DNA of 10,981 nucleotides from Candidatus Thorarchaeota archaeon. GTDB taxonomy: Archaea; Asgardarchaeota; Thorarchaeia; Thorarchaeales; Thorarchaeaceae. Shown here piece by piece: positions 5,992 to 10,981 of this stretch (its first letter is position 1; the number at the start of each line of letters is the position of its first letter). A program made the position numbers and the translations under genes. Location: positions 1 to 10,981 of the forward strand of contig PRDJ01000062.1 in assembly GCA_003345555.1 (NCBI GenBank), read 5' to 3'. The notes under the pieces are model-generated. The model ran no database searches. It had not been told where the DNA came from and was given only the letters and a program-made list of their open reading frames with translations.

Positions 5992-7338
5992 TCAAACGGC
6001 ATCTGAGTCATGACGCCGCCGATGGACTAAGGCCCGACACTCAGTCCAGATATCCGACGGGTAGGCCCGAGGCTCGCGTAGATTCAGGTATACGAATGAG
6101 GCGATGAAACGAAGGACAGTACTCACCGCGAGCATTATGAATACGGCGTCGTGATTCCCGAAATATGGAACCAGGGCCTGGCCCACTAGACCGGATATCA
6201 ACGAGCCGAACAGGAACACTACGCCGGTAAACGTATTGTATACTGCCACATGAGAGCCTCTCTCTGTCTCCGGGGCCACATCGTAGATGTAGGCGGTATT
6301 TCCATTCACTGAGGCAGCAGTAGCTGCCCCGGCAATCGCGTTTGACAAGTATATCATGGAAGTATCAACAGCCACGAGATACAGTAGGGGCACGAAGAAG
6401 AGCAGAAATCGTCCTATGAAGATCAAAGGAACCCTCCCTACTCGGTCACTCAATTTGCCCAGAGGAACAGTAAAAGCCACGGTCATCGCTGTCGATATCG
6501 CTGATGCAACGGCAATCTCTAGCAATGTATTGTTCAACCATTCAACTTGGACGATTATGAAGAATGGCCAAGCCATCGACATGGAGAACGAGAAGAATGT
6601 GGCTGTGAAGCAGAATTTCCGAAAGTCGCCGGGTCGTGTGAGAAGTTTGAGGACAGGCGGAAACACACGCTTCCCATTGTTGTTTCGGGGCTTTTCTCGT
6701 ATCATCAATGAAAGAACGGCCGCGGCTATCCCTGTCATCACGGTCAAGTAGAAGGGAAGATAGTAGGCTTCTCTCCACGCTTCCACTGTGGGGAACATTA
6801 CCGATCCCAAGCCGCCCCAAAGGCTTCTCAGGTAAGGGATTAGGCTGGGCGATACCATAATCAAGCCCGATACGAGAGTAGCCAGAAGCAAGGCCACGTT
6901 CGTGGCCATTCCAAGGCGTCCGAGTTCAGTTCCTCTCCTAGATGGATGGATCAGCGCTCCAACAAGCGACAACCAAGTGGGTATCTGAACACTGAGCAGT
7001 ATTGACTGGATCGTGTAAAGTACAATCATGTCCAGCGGCGTAGCGGCCCACAGAAAGAGATAGACCACAAACAAACCTGTCAGAGTGCCAAACGCTACGA
7101 AAGCTTTTGTATGTCCTACCCTGTCGGACATCGCGCCCCATGCTGGTTGAAGTACTGTCGGGCTGATATTGCCAACGCTTCTGAAGACGCCCATCTCAGC
7201 GAGGTTGGCGCCCATATCATACACGTATGCACTGAGAAAAGGCGTGTAGAGACCCTGAGCGAACTGGGTGAGTGAACCAACTAGATATACGCTGCTAGGA
7301 AGCTTCTCAGCAGCGGGTGGAGTCTGGGATTCACTCAT
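5992..7338 (-). CDS. Major facilitator superfamily (MFS) transporter
   Basis: About 12 hydrophobic segments and two MFS motif-A copies (WGAMSDRVGHTK and LGKLSDRVGRVP). Start placed at MSESQ (7338, 448 aa) because the upstream ATG at 7380 overlaps the TATA-like box; 7380 remains possible. Confidence 0.93.
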   Translation of the reverse strand: MSESQTPPAAEKLPSSVYLVGSLTQFAQGLYTPFLSAYVYDMGANLAEMGVFRSVGNISPTVLQPAWGAMSDRVGHTKAFVAFGTLTGLFVVYLFLWAATPLDMIVLYTIQSILLSVQIPTWLSLVGALIHPSRRGTELGRLGMATNVALLLATLVSGLIMVSPSLIPYLRSLWGGLGSVMFPTVEAWREAYYLPFYLTVMTGIAAAVLSLMIREKPRNNNGKRVFPPVLKLLTRPGDFRKFCFTATFFSFSMSMAWPFFIIVQVEWLNNTLLEIAVASAISTAMTVAFTVPLGKLSDRVGRVPLIFIGRFLLFFVPLLYLVAVDTSMIYLSNAIAGAATAASVNGNTAYIYDVAPETERGSHVAVYNTFTGVVFLFGSLISGLVGQALVPYFGNHDAVFIMLAVSTVLRFIASFVYLNLREPRAYPSDIWTECRALVHRRRHDSDAV

Positions 7339-7378
7339 TGGGATTTGCGCCTCGTAGCTCGGGCGCGCTGGACACGGC

Positions 7379-7400
7379 ATTTAAGAGTAATCCTGATTAC
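7379..7400. promoter_or_regulatory. Divergent promoter region: TATA-like ATTTAAG plus palindrome GTAATC-CT-GATTAC
   Basis: ATTTAAG (7379-7385) reads TTTAAG on + and CTTAAAT on -. The adjacent perfect 6-2-6 palindrome is at 7387-7400, between the MFS and peptidase genes. Confidence 0.45.
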
Positions 7401-7478
7401 CCTTTTCACAGCTGACACCGTGCGACCGGACAGGTTATCTGCCGGCCGACAAGAGCATGCTCGGAGCTTGACCATCAT

Positions 7479-8588
7479 ATGCTGACAGACAGAACCTATG
7501 CGCTCAGAATGCAGAAACTTCGAGAATTCACACGCTCAATGAACGCTGATTTTGCACTTCTTACGCCATCGCCCAATTTCCGCTATCTGACCGGCATACA
7601 TTACGAGATGCGCGAACGTCTTGTTGCACTCATTGTCACGAGAGACGGCGAACCAAGCATCGTTGCCCCTCAGTTTGATGTCTCTAATCTCTCTAGGAGC
7701 GGACGGATAAAGGACTTCCTGCCTTGGAGCGAAGATGAGGATCCATATTCCGTGGTTGCCAAAGCTGTTCGTTCAAGGCCGAAAGAATGCACCATCCTAC
7801 TTGAGGATTATATGCCAATAGGCGTCCTCTGGGCTCTTGAGAAAGCACTTGGCGGTCTCAAGAAGACTCTGTCAATGACTGCCCACCTTGAATCAATGAG
7901 GATTGTGAAGAGCACGGAGGAGGTAGAGTTGATGAAGAAGGCGAGCAAGATAATTGGACAATCTGTCAGTAAGGCCATGACCCAGGCCAGACTTGGGATG
8001 ACAGAACTCGAGATGCGGCAAGTCGTAGCCAATGAATGCATCCGGAACAGCGGCGTGCCTACTTTCACGACTGTCCAGTTCGGTGAAAACACGGCGCTTC
8101 CACACGCAGATTCCGGAACAAGACAACTTCGCAGGGGCGACATTGCTTTGTTCGACTGCGGCTGCGAGGTTGAGGGCTACAACACCGATATAACACGAGT
8201 AGCGGTAGCTGGAAAGCCTTCATCAGAGCAAGAATCAGTTTACTCGATAGTTCTCAAGGCGCAGCAAGCCGCAATCGACCGGATGAAGGCGGGCCTGACT
8301 TGTGAGGTAGCAGATAGCTTCGCTAGACAGGTAATAGAAAAAGCCGGGTATGGAGCCCACTTCACACACAGACTTGGTCACGGCGTTGGGCTGGAGGTCC
8401 ACGAGCCTCCGTACTTGGTCAAAGGCAACTCGATGCAGCTCAGAGCTGGCATGACTCACAGTGTAGAACCAGGCATCTACCTCGAAGGGAAATTCGGAAT
8501 CAGAATAGAGGATTTGATACTTGTAGATGAAGGCGGATGCGAGGCTCTTACCTTGTCTCCGAAGGACCTCTATCAGATGAAAGTGTAG
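7479..8588 (+). CDS. M24B family Xaa-Pro dipeptidase/aminopeptidase (PepQ/PepP-like)
   Basis: Creatinase-like N-domain (SPNFRYLTG). Binuclear metal ligands in DCGCEVEGYNTDITR, HRLGHGVGLEVHE, VEPGIY and GIRIED; substrate His in LPHA. 369 aa. Confidence 0.95.
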   Translation: MLTDRTYALRMQKLREFTRSMNADFALLTPSPNFRYLTGIHYEMRERLVALIVTRDGEPSIVAPQFDVSNLSRSGRIKDFLPWSEDEDPYSVVAKAVRSRPKECTILLEDYMPIGVLWALEKALGGLKKTLSMTAHLESMRIVKSTEEVELMKKASKIIGQSVSKAMTQARLGMTELEMRQVVANECIRNSGVPTFTTVQFGENTALPHADSGTRQLRRGDIALFDCGCEVEGYNTDITRVAVAGKPSSEQESVYSIVLKAQQAAIDRMKAGLTCEVADSFARQVIEKAGYGAHFTHRLGHGVGLEVHEPPYLVKGNSMQLRAGMTHSVEPGIYLEGKFGIRIEDLILVDEGGCEALTLSPKDLYQMKV

Positions 8589-8599
8589 TGAACACCCGG

Positions 8600-9190
8600 C
8601 TATTGTGATTCCTTTGGGGATCTCTTGGACATTATCTCATCAAGCGTCTTCCTGTCTTCCTCAGACAGATCCTTCATCGCCTCTGCTGACTGGCGCAGCA
8701 TGTGATTCATCAAGACAGCATAAAGGCCGGGAAGTGCCTTCTCTGTTTCGGATCGTTCCCTGAATTCCTGTTCTGCGGTCTCTCTTGCCTCACGCAGCGA
8801 GTCCTTCTGAACTTCACCCTTTCCAATCCCCGAACACTCCTTTTCGACCACGTGGAACTTGGCTCCATCATACTCAAGCGGGAAAGTCCTACATGAGAGA
8901 GGCCGGGAATATCGGATCGAGCATGCGTTTGAATCTTCGTGATAGAATATGCATGCTGTCTTTTCGGAATCCTTCTTGAGCGGGTGACGTTGAGACTCAA
9001 TGCCAATCGAATCTTCTTCAGACTCTGGTGCCATGAGGATGAGTCCCGGAATAATGTGCGATAGATAGTCTTGCTCAGTCCATCTAGATATGTCACCAAT
9101 CGTCACATTCACGTGAGGACGAGTACAGCACACTCTCTGTGGACAATCCTGCTCTTGGCACTTGAAGCTGTACTTTGACTTATCTGACAT
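8600..9190 (-). CDS. YkgJ family cysteine-cluster protein (putative Zn/Fe-chelating, CxxCxxCC-like)
   Basis: YSFKCQEQDCPQRVCC...CIFYHEDSNACSIRYSRPLSCRTFP...ECSGIG with 8 Cys. ATG 9190 has SD GGTGAT 4 nt upstream (ATG 9202 is an alternative). 196 aa. Confidence 0.88.
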   Translation of the reverse strand: MSDKSKYSFKCQEQDCPQRVCCTRPHVNVTIGDISRWTEQDYLSHIIPGLILMAPESEEDSIGIESQRHPLKKDSEKTACIFYHEDSNACSIRYSRPLSCRTFPLEYDGAKFHVVEKECSGIGKGEVQKDSLREARETAEQEFRERSETEKALPGLYAVLMNHMLRQSAEAMKDLSEEDRKTLDEIMSKRSPKESQ

Positions 9191-9236
9191 CAGTATCACC
9201 ATGATGTCTAACGCAACAAGCAGTTCAGCATTGAGT

Positions 9237-9249
9237 CTTAATGGTTTCG
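9237..9249 (-). promoter_or_regulatory. BRE plus TATA-like promoter for the YkgJ-like gene
   Basis: Minus strand reads CGAAACCATTAAG: CGAAA resembles the archaeal BRE and sits directly before an AT-rich box, about 45 nt above the start codon. Confidence 0.5.
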
Positions 9250-9292
9250 AAGGGGCTCTAGGTACTCCTCTGCTCTTTCCGCTGTCAATATG

Positions 9293-9299
9293 TTTAATA
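9293..9299 (+). promoter_or_regulatory. TATA-like box upstream of the P-type ATPase
   Basis: TTTAATA about 95 nt before ATG 9393; SD GGAGG at 9376-9380. Confidence 0.35.
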
Positions 9300-9392
9300 C
9301 AGCCAACTAGGGGCATTCGACCCAAGTGCGCCCCGGATGGTGTTATCCGCGGCCAATGTGAGTCATCCAATCTGCGGAGGTTCGTGCCGATA

Positions 9393-10981
9393 ATGGAACA
9401 AGATTGGCACTCGTTTGATGAACAAGCAGTGATGGATGCGCTCAACACTAGTCGAGCAGGTTTAGATCGCGGAGATGCAGAGGAGAGGCTTGTTGAGTAT
9501 GGCCCTAACGAGTTGGTAAGGGCAGAAAAGGAGTCTCCTATCAGGATGCTCTTGGGACAGTTCACCGACATCCTCATAGTCATTCTGCTTATTGCCGTGG
9601 CAATCTCTTTCGCCGTGGGAGAGATAGTTGACGCGATTCTCATTCTCTTGATTGTGATTGCCTCTGCGGCCTTGGGTTTCGTTCAGGAGTATCGAGCCGA
9701 GCGAGCACTTGAAGCCCTTCAGAAGATGCTGGCGCCCACAACCACGGTCATCAGAAACAACATGACCGTCGATATTGCAACCCGGGATGTGGTTCCGGGC
9801 GACATACTCCAGCTGAAGGAAGGAGACAAGGTTCCTGCAGACGGTAGGGTGATTGAATGCTTCAACCTGAGGGTAATAGAAGCAGCGATAACAGGGGAAT
9901 CAGTACCTGTTCAGAAGAGCACCCGGACACTACCTCGAGACACTCCGCTACCTGATCGGAAGAACGTGGTGCTTTCAGGAACTGACATCGCAACAGGCAG
10001 GGGCGTTGCGGTGGTTACTGCCACTGGAATGGCGACGGAGTTCGGGAAGATCGCTCATGAAGTAACAACCGTAGAAAAGGAGCGGACCCCCCTTGAGAAG
10101 CGCACCAACGAAATAGGCAAATGGCTTGGGGCTATTTCTCTGAGTGTATGTGTTGCCGTGATAGCGGTGGGCGTTGTCAGAGACGTTCTTGTGCACGGAT
10201 ATGTGCGGCCTGATTTCTTCATAGGGATGATTCTCTTTGGAGTCTCGCTCGCCGTGGCAGCGGTTCCTGAATCACTGCCTGCTGTTGTGACAGGGAGCCT
10301 AGCAATTGGGATGCATAGAATGGCTAAGAGCAACGCGCTTGTCCGCAAAATGTCAGCTGTTGAAACCCTCGGATCAACCACCGTGATCTGTTCCGACAAA
10401 ACCGGCACTATCACAAGGGGAGAAATGACGGTCAGAGAAATTCGTATGCATGGTTCTACAATCGCCGTCGAGGGCGGAGGCTACGAACCTACCGGGAAGC
10501 TCATTGTGATGGAAGGCGCCCCGTCCGCTCTCTCGGAAGAAGGATTCAAGCTCCTAATCAACGCATGCATACTCTGCAACGATGCAGAGCTTACTCTCGA
10601 AAACGGGAAATGGAGAATCAGAGGCGACCCCACTGAGGGCGCTCTTGTGGTACTAGCAGAGAAGGCAGGCGCCCACGTCTCTGAAGTGCGTAGCCGTTGT
10701 CCTAGGATTGGCGAGGTTCCCTTTAGCTCCGAGAGAAAGCGCATGACGACTATGCACTATGGAAATGATGACTGCAAGCGGCTCTACTCGAAAGGAGCAC
10801 CCGAGGTCGTGCTAGAACGGTGCTCGCAGATATATGGGTCGCAGGGTATTGAGACGCTAACTGATGATTTGAGACAGGCGCAGATCGATAATGCAGAGAA
10901 AATGGCACAGAGAGCACTTCGGCTAATAGCTTTTGCCTACAGGGAAGGCAAGTACTTCGATGACTCCACAGAGAACACGCT
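9393..10981 (+). CDS. P-type II (P2A/SERCA-like) cation-transporting ATPase, 3' end outside the window
   Basis: Absent from the ORF track because it has no stop in the window. Hand translation gives MEQDWHSFDEQAV...EYGPNEL, GFVQEYRAERALEAL, VVPGDI, GDKVPADGR, TGES (9891-9902), AVAAVPESLP, phosphorylation motif CSDKTGTIT (Asp at 10395-10397), GDPTEGAL, PFSSERKRM and KGAPEVVL. Confidence 0.97.
   Translation, partial: MEQDWHSFDEQAVMDALNTSRAGLDRGDAEERLVEYGPNELVRAEKESPIRMLLGQFTDILIVILLIAVAISFAVGEIVDAILILLIVIASAALGFVQEYRAERALEALQKMLAPTTTVIRNNMTVDIATRDVVPGDILQLKEGDKVPADGRVIECFNLRVIEAAITGESVPVQKSTRTLPRDTPLPDRKNVVLSGTDIATGRGVAVVTATGMATEFGKIAHEVTTVEKERTPLEKRTNEIGKWLGAISLSVCVAVIAVGVVRDVLVHGYVRPDFFIGMILFGVSLAVAAVPESLPAVVTGSLAIGMHRMAKSNALVRKMSAVETLGSTTVICSDKTGTITRGEMTVREIRMHGSTIAVEGGGYEPTGKLIVMEGAPSALSEEGFKLLINACILCNDAELTLENGKWRIRGDPTEGALVVLAEKAGAHVSEVRSRCPRIGEVPFSSERKRMTTMHYGNDDCKRLYSKGAPEVVLERCSQIYGSQGIETLTDDLRQAQIDNAEKMAQRALRLIAFAYREGKYFDDSTENT

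Noticed and set aside
9191-9643. 151-aa N-terminal extension of the YkgJ-like ORF (8600-9643)
   Set aside because: It is the antisense shadow of the ATPase 5' end plus intergenic DNA. SD and BRE/TATA signals support a start at 9190.
407-10744. Numerous short alternative-frame and antisense ORFs in the track (e.g. 6356-6751, 7808-8143, 8710-9099, 10055-10414, 3288-3530)
   Set aside because: They lie mostly or entirely within well-supported CDSs, lack recognisable motifs, and are best explained as shadow ORFs.
1-10981. CRISPR array, IS/transposase, integrase or anti-phage defence genes
   Set aside because: No regularly spaced repeats and no matching protein motifs were seen in any frame.

Overview
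Gene-dense prokaryotic window with ten supportable CDSs and no tRNA, rRNA, CRISPR array, transposase or defence gene that I can recognise. In order: a 5'-truncated penicillin-acylase-family (Ntn hydrolase, peptidase S45) gene with a coupled Gly-rich membrane protein; a convergent type I membrane protein with a possible GOLD/p24-like ectodomain; a flavodiiron protein (fprA) followed by rubrerythrin (rbr); a ~300 nt structured intergenic region; a small 2-TM ORF; an MFS transporter divergent from an M24B Xaa-Pro peptidase; a YkgJ-like Cys-cluster protein divergent from a 3'-truncated P-type II ATPase. BRE/TATA-like promoter elements, GGTGA-type Shine-Dalgarno sites and an acylase rich in N-glycosylation sequons suggest an anaerobic archaeon, possibly Asgard (Thorarchaeia-like). 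That taxonomic assignment is inference only. I do not see a clear new multi-gene system. The best unexplained signals are the pseudoknot-capable intergenic region after rbr, the GOLD-like membrane protein, the altered Cys spacing in the YkgJ-like protein, and the near-restriction of TTAA to putative promoters.
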